A DNA stretch of 64,000 bases, from the NCBI GenBank assembly GCA_963699755.1, contig CAVOVB010000002.1:128001-192000 (forward strand). The letters are read 5' to 3'. A model generated the notes under the pieces. It searched no databases. It was not told where the DNA came from and saw nothing but the letters and a program-made list of their open reading frames with translations. How positions within the stretch are numbered: position 1 is the stretch's first letter; every line of letters starts with the position of its first letter. Source of the stretch: an uncultured delta proteobacterium (GTDB taxonomy: Bacteria; Myxococcota_A; Polyangia; Polyangiales; Houyiibacteriaceae). Below, piece by piece: positions 9,712-18,483 of this stretch. Position numbers and translations under genes: made by a program.

Positions 9712-10248
9712 ATGAGGGAGTCGAGGACAGCGCCTTCGCCCTGGGTCGAGCGTTTCGCACCGCTCGTTCGCCCCGGAGGGATGATCTTGGACCTCGCCTG
9801 TGGGAGTGGGCGCCACTCGCGATATTTGACATCACTCGGGTATCGGCTGGTGGCGGTGGACATCGACGTCTCCGGACTGGAGGACCTGAGAGGCGTGGAA
9901 ACCGTCGAAATCGTCGAGCTCGATCTGGAAGGCGGCGATTGGCCGCTCAGGGGGCGGGGCTTCGATGGCATCGTGGTGACCGATTACCTGCATCGTCCTC
10001 ATCTGCCGCTGCTGATAGACGCGCTCCGTCCCGAAGGCGTGCTGATCTACGAAACCTTCGCCAAAGGAAACGAGAAACACGGCCGCCCGAGCAACCCTGC
10101 GTTTCTTCTGGAGCCGGGTGAGCTGCTCGACGCGTACGCTGGCCGCCTGAGGGTCGTCGCTTACGAGCACGCCGCGGAAGCGCTGCCCAGGCCCGCAGTT
10201 CGCCAACGTATCTGCGCGGTCAATCTTGGCCGGCGGGCTGACCGGTAA
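9712..10248 (+). CDS. Class I SAM-dependent methyltransferase
   Basis: PSPWVERF, ILDLACGSGRH, YLHRP, LIYETF, NPAFLL.PGEL. Confidence 0.85.
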   Translation: MRESRTAPSPWVERFAPLVRPGGMILDLACGSGRHSRYLTSLGYRLVAVDIDVSGLEDLRGVETVEIVELDLEGGDWPLRGRGFDGIVVTDYLHRPHLPLLIDALRPEGVLIYETFAKGNEKHGRPSNPAFLLEPGELLDAYAGRLRVVAYEHAAEALPRPAVRQRICAVNLGRRADR

Positions 10249-10831
10249 GACAACGCAGCCGTCTCCACGACAAATCGATCTTGAACAAAGCCTTCGAGTC
10301 ATAGCGGACGCCGGCGAGGTTGACCCGGAGCCGGTCGTAGTGGGTTTGCAGGTCGGCGCTCCGAAGCTCGACGGTGCTCACGGTCAAATCGACGGTCGCC
10401 GATTCGAGCGCGGGATCGCCGCAGCGGCGCGTGAAATGGAGCACGTAGCCTTCGAACTCCGAGTTGGGAAAGACCCCCGGCCCACGCACGTTCGAGAAGT
10501 CGAAGATGATGCTTGGACCATCGACGTCAACCTCGATTTCGGGCATCGGGCTGTCGGCACACGGCGCCGCGAGTGCCTTCGTCTCATGGATGGAGAACTC
10601 GATTCCCGAACCGAGCTCGGCGATGGTGGGGCCCGTTGCGGCCCGCCCGCACCGGGTGGACTCACGATGCAATCGCACCGTCGATCCTTCGAGTGGTGCC
10701 GGGAGCTCCGCCGGAACGGTGCGCCCGGGCTCGTCGGCAACCAGGCCCGGGTCACCACATCCAGCGACCAAAGCGCATGTGAACAGCAATCGGGCGACGG
10801 GACCAGGGCGGGCTGGAGGGTTCTTCGACAT
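10220..10831 (-). CDS. Hypothetical lipoprotein
   Basis: Lipobox LVAGC; GGAGG RBS upstream; no recognised domain. Confidence 0.6.
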   Translation of the reverse strand: MSKNPPARPGPVARLLFTCALVAGCGDPGLVADEPGRTVPAELPAPLEGSTVRLHRESTRCGRAATGPTIAELGSGIEFSIHETKALAAPCADSPMPEIEVDVDGPSIIFDFSNVRGPGVFPNSEFEGYVLHFTRRCGDPALESATVDLTVSTVELRSADLQTHYDRLRVNLAGVRYDSKALFKIDLSWRRLRCLTGQPAGQD

Positions 10832-10845
10832 GCCTCGGCCTCCTG

Positions 10846-10861
10846 TGCAGCGATCGTGCCA
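10846..10861 (-). promoter_or_regulatory. Possible sigma54 (-24/-12) promoter
   Basis: Minus strand reads TGGCACG-ATCG-CTGCA (GG-N10-GC). It lies unusually close to the ATG at 10831. Confidence 0.35.
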
Positions 10862-10971
10862 GCTGCAAATTCCGCTTCTTGGTGAGCAACTGAATCGGCT
10901 TTTTCGTCGTCTTGCCGACGGGCGTCGTCACTTGCTGACGCTCATCGTCGAAAAGAGGGACGCTGGGCGGC

Positions 10972-11361
10972 TCAGCGGAACAGGCGACGCAGCGCCCAAA
11001 TGGCGACGCCGAAGGTAGCCGCGGCACCCAGGCCGAAGAGCAGCCGCGTAAGCGCGTCGTTGACCGAGGCTGGAATGAACGGGAGATAGCGCTCGACGGT
11101 CCCTTCGGGAGCATAGAAGGTGAGCCAACCCGTGAACGCGGCGATGCTGAGCAGAATGATCGTCATGCCCACGTCGGCGGCGCGATGGTCGCGCGCGAAC
11201 AGCATGAAGCCGAAGAGGACGGACGCCACGCCCGCGCCAAAGACGACCTCCCGCGGCGCCTCGAAGATGACGTAGTGCTCAGGCAGGAGGCCGAGCGAAG
11301 CCGCGCAGGCGGCGATTCCCCCCAACAGGCACAGCGATGCAACCAACTTCCCCACTGCCAA
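10972..11361 (-). CDS. Hypothetical membrane protein
   Basis: About four hydrophobic segments. Confidence 0.65.
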   Translation of the reverse strand: MAVGKLVASLCLLGGIAACAASLGLLPEHYVIFEAPREVVFGAGVASVLFGFMLFARDHRAADVGMTIILLSIAAFTGWLTFYAPEGTVERYLPFIPASVNDALTRLLFGLGAAATFGVAIWALRRLFR

Positions 11362-11375
11362 ACAGTGTAACCGAT

Positions 11376-11993
11376 CTAGTCGGCAGCTGCGCTACCCCAG
11401 TAGTTGTAGGAGAGGAAGCGAACGCCTGGAATGTACATCCGCTCGTCGACATCCACCCGAAAGCCGCTCGATTTCAGCAATTGTGGGATGTCCCGATTGA
11501 CGTTGCAGCCACCAGCGAGCTTGCGCCAGCCAGGGTTGATTCGGTTTTGCCATTTTCGAACAGCCTCATCTGGGGCTATTCCATGCTCGCAGAAGAGAAG
11601 CTTGCCGCCCGGGCGCAGGACGCGATGCATGCCCTGAAGCGCGCGCTGCACATCGGGAATCGTGCACAGCGTGTACGTGACCACAACCGAGTCGATGCTG
11701 TTGGTATCGAGCGGGATCTCTTCGCCAGGAAGGTCGATCACTTCGAGCTCGAGGTCGGCGCCGGAGAAGTTCTTGCGAGCGAGCTGACGCATCCCTGCCG
11801 AAGGCTCGAGGCCCCAAACCTTCCGAACCTTGCTGCGATCGTAGAAACCGAGATTCAAGCCGCTCCCCATGCCGATTTCGAGAACCTCGCCTTCGGCAAG
11901 CGGAACGATCTTCTGTCGCTGCTTCATGTTGGGCTTGGACGAGCAAGCCAGGTTGATGACCCGAGGGAGGATGTAGTGATCGTAGAAGCCCAT
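11376..11993 (-). CDS. Class I SAM-dependent methyltransferase (phospholipid N-methyltransferase-like)
   Basis: MGFYDHYILPR, VLEIGMGSGLN, TLCTIPD, LLFCEHG, GGCNVNRDI. Confidence 0.85.
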   Translation of the reverse strand: MGFYDHYILPRVINLACSSKPNMKQRQKIVPLAEGEVLEIGMGSGLNLGFYDRSKVRKVWGLEPSAGMRQLARKNFSGADLELEVIDLPGEEIPLDTNSIDSVVVTYTLCTIPDVQRALQGMHRVLRPGGKLLFCEHGIAPDEAVRKWQNRINPGWRKLAGGCNVNRDIPQLLKSSGFRVDVDERMYIPGVRFLSYNYWGSAAAD

Positions 11994-12052
11994 CGCGGCG
12001 GATCTGTACCAGCTCTCGCAGCCCTGCGCCCGGACTGGGACGGTGCGAGCTC

Positions 12053-13075
12053 TCAGCTCGCCGAAGCGGGCGGAAACTTCACGTATTCTCCGACGAGCGT
12101 CTCGGCCAGCTCGCGGTTGGAAGGCCGGTTGCGGCCAATGCGGCCGCGGTCTTGGAGGTCAGCGCAGAGCGTGTCGAGCACCGTGTCCGCGTCCAAGTCG
12201 TCTTGGTGATTGCGCCAAACGTCGCGCTCTGCTTGATCGCGGAAACAGTAGGCCTTCCATGAGATCGAGAAGCGCATGTCGTCCCATCGATAGCGACCGA
12301 TTTCCTCTTCGCCATCGCGCACGACCCACTCGCCGTCGCCCTCGGCGACAAGCCGCATGCGAGGCAAGAACGTTGGAATGGGCCCGTCGATTTCCATGAC
12401 GCGATCGACACCATGGAAGACGCTGTCCGTGTCCATGATGACCGCCGTATTGAAGTGCACGTCACGAGCTCGAGCCGGACGGTCGATGCCATCCGGATAA
12501 AAGGCGAACTCGCCGCCCTTGCTGTCCTGGTACCAAGAAACCGATGTGGCGATGGGCATTCGGTACTCGTCGAAGAGACCGGAATGGTGCGCGACGACGA
12601 TCAGCCATTGCGGGTGAAGCTTGCGATTGAGGCCACGAAACTCGGGGACATCGGTATGGACGGCCAACTCCTGTCCCGGAAGCAAGATGTTCGCGTAAAC
12701 GATAGCGGGTTCGACGATGGGGCGATCGAAGATTCCCCTGGCCGCCTCGACCAGGCGCTGATTCCGATAGAGCGGCTCGATGCCAGGCGCAAAAATCTGG
12801 TCGCCGTACGCATAGGTCTCGCGGAAGTAGTTTGTCCGAGCAACGAGCGTTCCGAGGTCGGTATCGCGAAGCCCCAGGCGGCCGCCCGTACGCAGGAAAT
12901 TGAAGGCGGCGTCGAAGCGCTGAGGGAGCCCTTCGCCGATCCCCTCGTTGAGACCCTCCTCGGAGTACATGCCATAGCTGCCGAAGTCCTCGCAGAGCTG
13001 AACCATCGCGCGCGCCTGCACCTCATCGAGGAAGGGATCGAGCTCGAAATAGCGATTGAAGAAGTGGCTCTGCAT
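12053..13075 (-). CDS. Hypothetical protein, possible 2OG-Fe(II) oxygenase fold
   Basis: HTD...GGEF...FHGV.R pattern (HxD...H); start placed at ATG 13075. Confidence 0.65.
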   Translation of the reverse strand: MQSHFFNRYFELDPFLDEVQARAMVQLCEDFGSYGMYSEEGLNEGIGEGLPQRFDAAFNFLRTGGRLGLRDTDLGTLVARTNYFRETYAYGDQIFAPGIEPLYRNQRLVEAARGIFDRPIVEPAIVYANILLPGQELAVHTDVPEFRGLNRKLHPQWLIVVAHHSGLFDEYRMPIATSVSWYQDSKGGEFAFYPDGIDRPARARDVHFNTAVIMDTDSVFHGVDRVMEIDGPIPTFLPRMRLVAEGDGEWVVRDGEEEIGRYRWDDMRFSISWKAYCFRDQAERDVWRNHQDDLDADTVLDTLCADLQDRGRIGRNRPSNRELAETLVGEYVKFPPASAS

Positions 13076-13261
13076 GGGAGCGGCCGACGTGGCGGTTTCG
13101 GTTGCGATTCTACCATGATGCCTCGCTCGCGAAAGTCTCGACCCCCTGAGAAAGCGGGCTCTGGCTCGTCTGGGGCGATCATCGCGATGGCAAAACCTCG
13201 CAGAGCACATTACAAGGGGACCGGCGGCCGCGACGGACAAGCACGCCCGAGGAGGAGCCTC

Positions 13262-13657
13262 ATGAAGCAGATCCCCAAATCCCACGCCGACATCCTGGGC
13301 AAGCCCGCGTTTGCGCACCTGTCGACGATCATGTCGGATGGCAGCCCTCAGGCCAGTGCAGTCTGGATTGACACCGACGGGCCATCAATCCTGGTCAACT
13401 CGGCCGAAGGGCGGCTCAAGGACCGCAACATACGGCGCGACCCAAGGGTCGCCATCTCAGTGACTGACCCGGACAATCCCTACCGCTCGCTCATGATACG
13501 GGGCCGCGTTGCGAAAATCACGAACGAAGGCGCGGACGAACACATCGATCGAATGGCGAAGAAGTACATGGGCGTCGACGCCTATCCATTCCGTCAGCCT
13601 GGCGAGGTGCGCGTGCTCTACTACATCGAGCCAGAGCGAGTCGCGGTCATGGGCTGA
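13262..13657 (+). CDS. PPOX-class (split beta-barrel) F420/flavin-dependent oxidoreductase
   Basis: AHLSTIMSDGSPQASAVW, K.RNIRRDPRVAISV.D..NPY, KKYMG..YP; AGGAG RBS. Confidence 0.88.
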   Translation: MKQIPKSHADILGKPAFAHLSTIMSDGSPQASAVWIDTDGPSILVNSAEGRLKDRNIRRDPRVAISVTDPDNPYRSLMIRGRVAKITNEGADEHIDRMAKKYMGVDAYPFRQPGEVRVLYYIEPERVAVMG

Positions 13658-13671
13658 GGCAAAAGGCTCCC

Positions 13672-14211
13672 TCAGTTTCGGGGAAGCTCTGCCCAGAAGA
13701 CACCCCGGAAGTCGCCGGCCGCATAGCCAACGGCCTGGTCATTCGGGTAAAGCTCACTGAGCTTCGCCTGCAGATCGGGGGCCAAGGTGGCGCCATGACA
13801 GGTCACGCAGAGCGGCTGCATGAAGATCGGCTCGAGGTAACCGACGGTGTTTTCGTCGATCGCGACCACGGCCGGTTCTCTGCGATCGGGGTCCATCTGA
13901 TAGAGGTCTAGGGTCGCCTGCATCCAGGGCTTCGCTGCATTGCTCGGATTGCGAAGCTTCCCGCTCGTCCGGCCAACCCTGACACCGCCCGTGCTCTCTT
14001 GCTCTGCGAGCTTGGGCGCCTGGACGCGACAGACGGAAATCGCTGCCACGGGCCCACCCTCCAGCCCGGCTACGAGGGCGCCTTTCAGGCTTTTCTTGAA
14101 TGGAAGCACGGCTTCGGCACCCGCGGCCTTCCACTTTGCTTGGTCGAGCTCGGCGCGTTTGCAGGCTGAAAGGGCCGCCAGAAGCGACAGTACAATGGCC
14201 ACACGCAGCAT
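13672..14211 (-). CDS. c-type heme lipoprotein, DUF3365/Tll0287-like
   Basis: LSAC lipobox, RTS.KLRNP.N, CVTCHG, YPND.A.GY..GDFRG. Confidence 0.82.
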   Translation of the reverse strand: MLRVAIVLSLLAALSACKRAELDQAKWKAAGAEAVLPFKKSLKGALVAGLEGGPVAAISVCRVQAPKLAEQESTGGVRVGRTSGKLRNPSNAAKPWMQATLDLYQMDPDRREPAVVAIDENTVGYLEPIFMQPLCVTCHGATLAPDLQAKLSELYPNDQAVGYAAGDFRGVFWAELPRN

Positions 14212-14296
14212 GGAGCATGGTTTGCCGCGGACGGTGGTCTCGATCAAGCCGCCGCAGAAGCGTGCCCGGCACCCATGGCTACGTTAGGATGTTCCC

Positions 14297-14962
14297 ATGC
14301 GATTCTGCTGCCTCGGGCTCTTCCTGACCCTTCTGGCGATCTGGCCGGCGAGCGCGCGCGCCCATTTGGGTTTGAACACGCCGGCGTCGCGATACGGGCC
14401 CAAGGTCCTCAAGACGGGGCCGTGCGGGGTCGCCGGCGGGGAGCGGAGCATGAACGTCACCACCTACGAACCGGGCGAGACGATCGAAGTGAGCTGGGAC
14501 GAATACGTCGACCATCCGGGACACTACCGAATCGCCTTCGACGATGACGGTGACGACGACTTCGTGGACCCAGCCGACATCTTGGAGCGCGACTCCAGCC
14601 CCACGGTGCTGCTCGATGGCATCACCGACAAGGGTCAGGGCGAGCGTGACTACCTCGTGACCGTCACTCTTCCGGACGTCAGCTGCGACAATTGCACGCT
14701 CCAGGTGATTCAGGTGATGTACGACAAACCGCCCTACACCACACCAGGCAATGACATCTACTACCAGTGCGCAGACCTGGTGCTCCGCAAAGGCGGAGCG
14801 TTGCCCGACGCAGGGATCGATGCTGGCACAGACACTGGCATCGACGCTGGGGGTGGAGGCTGCAGCGCTGCGAATCGACCCCTTGGCGAGGCCGGCCTGC
14901 TGCCGATCTTCGTGCTTCTTCTCCTCAGACGTGTTGCCCGGCGGCAACGCTTGCCCATATAG
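14297..14962 (+). CDS. SCE4755-family polysaccharide-monooxygenase-like (His-brace) protein with MYXO-CTERM-like tail
   Basis: Signal peptide ends ARA|H, giving His1. KTGPCG, DHPGHYRIAF, CDNCTLQVIQ, YYQCADL; C-terminal GGGC-hydrophobic-RR. Confidence 0.78.
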   Translation: MRFCCLGLFLTLLAIWPASARAHLGLNTPASRYGPKVLKTGPCGVAGGERSMNVTTYEPGETIEVSWDEYVDHPGHYRIAFDDDGDDDFVDPADILERDSSPTVLLDGITDKGQGERDYLVTVTLPDVSCDNCTLQVIQVMYDKPPYTTPGNDIYYQCADLVLRKGGALPDAGIDAGTDTGIDAGGGGCSAANRPLGEAGLLPIFVLLLLRRVARRQRLPI

Positions 14963-14971
14963 AAAGGCGTC

Positions 14972-15835
14972 ATGCGCATCGCTGACTTGTACACGGCTGA
15001 CGACGGCCCGGTTCTCTCACTCGAGTTCTTCACCCCGAACGACGATGAGGGGCGGAAAGCCCTGTTTCGGGCAGTCGAACGCCTCCAGGCGATCAAGCCG
15101 GGTTTCGTCTCCATCACCTGCGGGGCCGCAGGCTCCACGCGTGAGCGGACCGCCGACCTGGCGATCGCGCTGCAGAGGGAGTTCGGGCTCACCGCGATGG
15201 CCCACCTCGTGTGCACCGGAACGACGCAGTCCGAGCTTGATGAAACGCTGCGCCACATGCAGGCAAACGGCATCGAAAACATCTTGGCCTTGCGCGGCGA
15301 CCCACCGAAAGGCGCAAGCAACTGGACCCCCGTCGAAGGTGGATTCTCTCATGCCAACGAGCTCGCGGCATTCGTCCGCGAGCGATTTTCTTTCGGACTG
15401 GGCGGCGCCTGCTATCCCGAGAAGCACCATGAAGCGTCGAGCCTCGCCTCAGACGTCCGGAATCTCAAGCTCAAGGTAGAGGCAGGCGCCGAGTTCCTGA
15501 TCACGCAGCTTTTCTTCGACAACGAGAAGTACTGGAGCTTCGTCGAGCTGCTCCGCGCGGAGGGCATCGATGTGCCGGTCGTCCCCGGGATCATGCCGGT
15601 GCTGAACCTCACCAACCTGCAGCGCATCGCTTCGCTGTCACCAGGCACCACCATTCCGGTCGAGCTCGAACACGCGCTCCGCGAAGCAGGTGGAGACGAC
15701 GAAGCAGCACTGCGAGCCGGCACGGGCTTCGCCGCGAAGCAGTGCCGCGACCTGCTCTCGAAGGGCGCCCCCGGAATCCATTTCTACACGCTCAATCGCT
15801 CCAAGCCCACACTGCAAACAGTCGCACAGCTCTAG
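14972..15835 (+). CDS. metF: 5,10-methylenetetrahydrofolate reductase
   Basis: SLEFF.P, SITCGAAGS, AHLVC, LALRGDPP, YPEKH, ITQLFFDN, HFYTLN. Confidence 0.95.
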   Translation: MRIADLYTADDGPVLSLEFFTPNDDEGRKALFRAVERLQAIKPGFVSITCGAAGSTRERTADLAIALQREFGLTAMAHLVCTGTTQSELDETLRHMQANGIENILALRGDPPKGASNWTPVEGGFSHANELAAFVRERFSFGLGGACYPEKHHEASSLASDVRNLKLKVEAGAEFLITQLFFDNEKYWSFVELLRAEGIDVPVVPGIMPVLNLTNLQRIASLSPGTTIPVELEHALREAGGDDEAALRAGTGFAAKQCRDLLSKGAPGIHFYTLNRSKPTLQTVAQL

Positions 15836-15869
15836 CGCGCTGACGCCGGCTTGGTCGCAATCTCCGCCC

Positions 15870-16232
15870 CTAGACGCCCCGAATCAGCGCCATCGAGACC
15901 CCGGCCCCCATCATCAATAGGCCGACGCAGATCACGAGGAAGCCAAACCCTCCGACGTAGCACCAGGCCATGACGCTCGCTCGTTCCTCGGGGCGGAGGC
16001 AGGAATTGAAGCGGAGGGGTCTCCAGTACCATCGGGGCGGGAGCTCTCCTCGTGGGTGCAGCACCTGGTAGAGGCGGACGTGGTAGAGAAAACCGGTCGG
16101 GACGCCGAGCAACAGACCCGCTGCGACGAGCCATATTCCATCGTAGTAGAGCGTTTCCCAGGCTGAGAGCCAGACCCCACTCAGCAAGCACATGAGGGCG
16201 CTGATCGCAGCGACGATGCCGAGCTCACGCAT
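15870..16232 (-). CDS. Hypothetical membrane protein
   Basis: Three hydrophobic segments; GVPTG.LYH and PPRWYW.P motifs. Confidence 0.65.
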   Translation of the reverse strand: MRELGIVAAISALMCLLSGVWLSAWETLYYDGIWLVAAGLLLGVPTGFLYHVRLYQVLHPRGELPPRWYWRPLRFNSCLRPEERASVMAWCYVGGFGFLVICVGLLMMGAGVSMALIRGV

Positions 16233-16247
16233 GGCTCGTCATTCGTC

Positions 16248-18407
16248 CTACCGGCAGTCCTCGAAGGCCAATGTGTCCCAGTCGCGCAGATCTCGACGGT
16301 CTTGCCCCAGGGAGTAGACGGGCGGACTCCCGAGCGGCGCCTCGACCACGCTCCGCTGACCGCCTTGTACCGCCTCGCCGTTCCAGATCTTGTACCAGGT
16401 GCCCGCAGGAAAATAGACCGAGCGCGACGTGGCGCCTTCCTCGGTGACGGGGGCCACCAAGAGCGAGTCGCCGACCATGAACTGATCGCTGATGCCCCAG
16501 GTTTCGCGATCGTTCGGGAAGACGAGCATCAGATGGCGGAGGATAGGCGCGCCGGTTTCCTCAGCTTCGGCTGCCAGCATCATGAAATCGTTCATGAGGG
16601 CGCAGTGCACGTAGGTGAACTTGCGAAAGTGGCTCGTGGTTTCTTCGTCCCTGTTCCAGCGCCAATTGTTCACTTTGTCCGCGCCCTGGTGGGTCCGCAT
16701 GACCGGAGCAAACGCGCCGAGCTCCGTCCAGCGCATGTACAGCTCCTTCGTGCTTGGCCCCGCCCCAACCGCGAAGCCGGCGATGTCGAGCGACACGAAC
16801 GGCTGACCGGCGAGGCCGAGATTGAGAAGTGCAGGCGTCACTGTTGGCAGGCCATCGAGCTTCCCCCAGTCGGTTTGCTGGTCGCCGACCCAGTGAATTT
16901 GCGCTGCACCTTGGACGAAGGTGAAACCTGAGCGCGCAATCATCGCCCAGTCGCCGTCAGGCCGCGCCTGCTCCAACGCGTCGCGGTTGACTTGGTGCCA
17001 ATCGACCGGAAAACGATTCCGACGCTCGTCCGCATTGCTCCCATCCGAATGGACCGAATCAAACGGAATGTACTCGCCGAAGTCAGCCATCCAGCCGTCG
17101 ACGCCGTAGGTTTCGACGATGTTCGCGAGCGCCTCACGGATGAACTCGGCCGTCTCCGGTTTCGAGAAATCGGGGTGCGCGTCTTGCTGCGGAAAGTTCG
17201 CGACGGCCCCATCGCGGTATGTGTCCCCATTTCGGTTCTTCACGAGAAGCCCCATCGCATCCATGGCCTCGAAACGGGTGGCGAAGCGTGCGGGGTCGTC
17301 GGCTTCCTTGACGCTGGCCGGATGGACGATGAAGGGGTTTACGTACGTGAGGAACTTGTATCCTTGGTCGTGCAAACCGGAGATCATTTCCGCGAAGCCC
17401 GGATAGCAGACGTCGTCTTCGCTACTGCAAGTCTCCTTCGGCTCCCAGAGATATTGGACGCCGAAGCCTCCTTCCGGATTCTCTCGCGCTCCGGTCCAAT
17501 CTTGGACCCAGAGCGCGGATGCGGGGATGTTCGCCGCCTCGAGCTGCTCCACCTCGGCGAGTACCGTGTCCCGACCTCCCTGCGACCCGAGCCAGAGATT
17601 GTAGGCCCAGGAAGGCGGTTGCGTGGGTCTCCCTACCAAATCGCCAAGTTGCCGAATCACCTCCAAGGCCGTCGGCCCATGAAACACGCGCCAGCTGACC
17701 GCCCCACGACCGATGACCTCGACCCAGGCGATGCCGGGGTCGGTCGCACAGATATCGACATTCACTCGGTGGCGAGTGTCGAAGAGCGCTCCAAATCCTC
17801 GCGCATCGATGTAGTACGGCATCGGGAAATAGGTCGTGTGCGAATCGCCAACGTTGATCCCAGCGCTACCGTCGCGGCCATTGCCCTGTTCATTCACGAA
17901 CAGCGCAAACTTCTCTCCCCGCTGGTCGGTTCCGTTGTATTGCATGCCGAAGCCGTGGAACGTTCCATCTTCGTCGCAGCGGATGCCCACGGCAATGGAG
18001 TCGGCCGCGACGGCGGTGCCAGCTAGCTCGAGCTGGAACTCGCTGACCTCGTCATCGACGGCAACGGCGGACAAGGTTGCGATCCGCGAGCCGTCGCCGC
18101 TCGCGTAGGCGACCGTTGCGCTCGTGCCGCGATTCTCGATCGAGCGGACGGAGAGCGGGATGGTGACCTCATCGCTACGAGTGAACTCGATCGTTCCGGC
18201 ACCGCTAGGCTTGTCGGTGAAGGTCCGCGCGACCGGCCCCGTGGCCGCCAAGGCGAAGATCGCTTTGCCACCGACGACGACTTCAACCGTTCCGTCGTCT
18301 GCAGCGACGATTTGAACGTTCCCATTGGAGTTTTCGGGCTCGTTGCTGCATGCAGCAGCGCCCGTCATCCACAGGACCCCCAAGCCAAGAAGCCAAATCC
18401 GCACCAT
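16248..18407 (-). CDS. GH31 glycoside hydrolase lipoprotein (YihQ/sulfoquinovosidase-related)
   Basis: Start MVRIWLL...AAAC after AGGAG. WVQDWTG, GWMADFGEY (nucleophile), WVGDQ (acid/base), RWTELGAF.PVMRTH, QFMVGDSLLVAPV. Confidence 0.88.
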   Translation of the reverse strand: MVRIWLLGLGVLWMTGAAACSNEPENSNGNVQIVAADDGTVEVVVGGKAIFALAATGPVARTFTDKPSGAGTIEFTRSDEVTIPLSVRSIENRGTSATVAYASGDGSRIATLSAVAVDDEVSEFQLELAGTAVAADSIAVGIRCDEDGTFHGFGMQYNGTDQRGEKFALFVNEQGNGRDGSAGINVGDSHTTYFPMPYYIDARGFGALFDTRHRVNVDICATDPGIAWVEVIGRGAVSWRVFHGPTALEVIRQLGDLVGRPTQPPSWAYNLWLGSQGGRDTVLAEVEQLEAANIPASALWVQDWTGARENPEGGFGVQYLWEPKETCSSEDDVCYPGFAEMISGLHDQGYKFLTYVNPFIVHPASVKEADDPARFATRFEAMDAMGLLVKNRNGDTYRDGAVANFPQQDAHPDFSKPETAEFIREALANIVETYGVDGWMADFGEYIPFDSVHSDGSNADERRNRFPVDWHQVNRDALEQARPDGDWAMIARSGFTFVQGAAQIHWVGDQQTDWGKLDGLPTVTPALLNLGLAGQPFVSLDIAGFAVGAGPSTKELYMRWTELGAFAPVMRTHQGADKVNNWRWNRDEETTSHFRKFTYVHCALMNDFMMLAAEAEETGAPILRHLMLVFPNDRETWGISDQFMVGDSLLVAPVTEEGATSRSVYFPAGTWYKIWNGEAVQGGQRSVVEAPLGSPPVYSLGQDRRDLRDWDTLAFEDCR

Positions 18408-18483
18408 CTCACCGCTCCTAACCAAGTCTTGGCGCCATATTTCGCCGATTTGCGCTTCGCGAGCAAGCCGACGTTCCTGGCCC

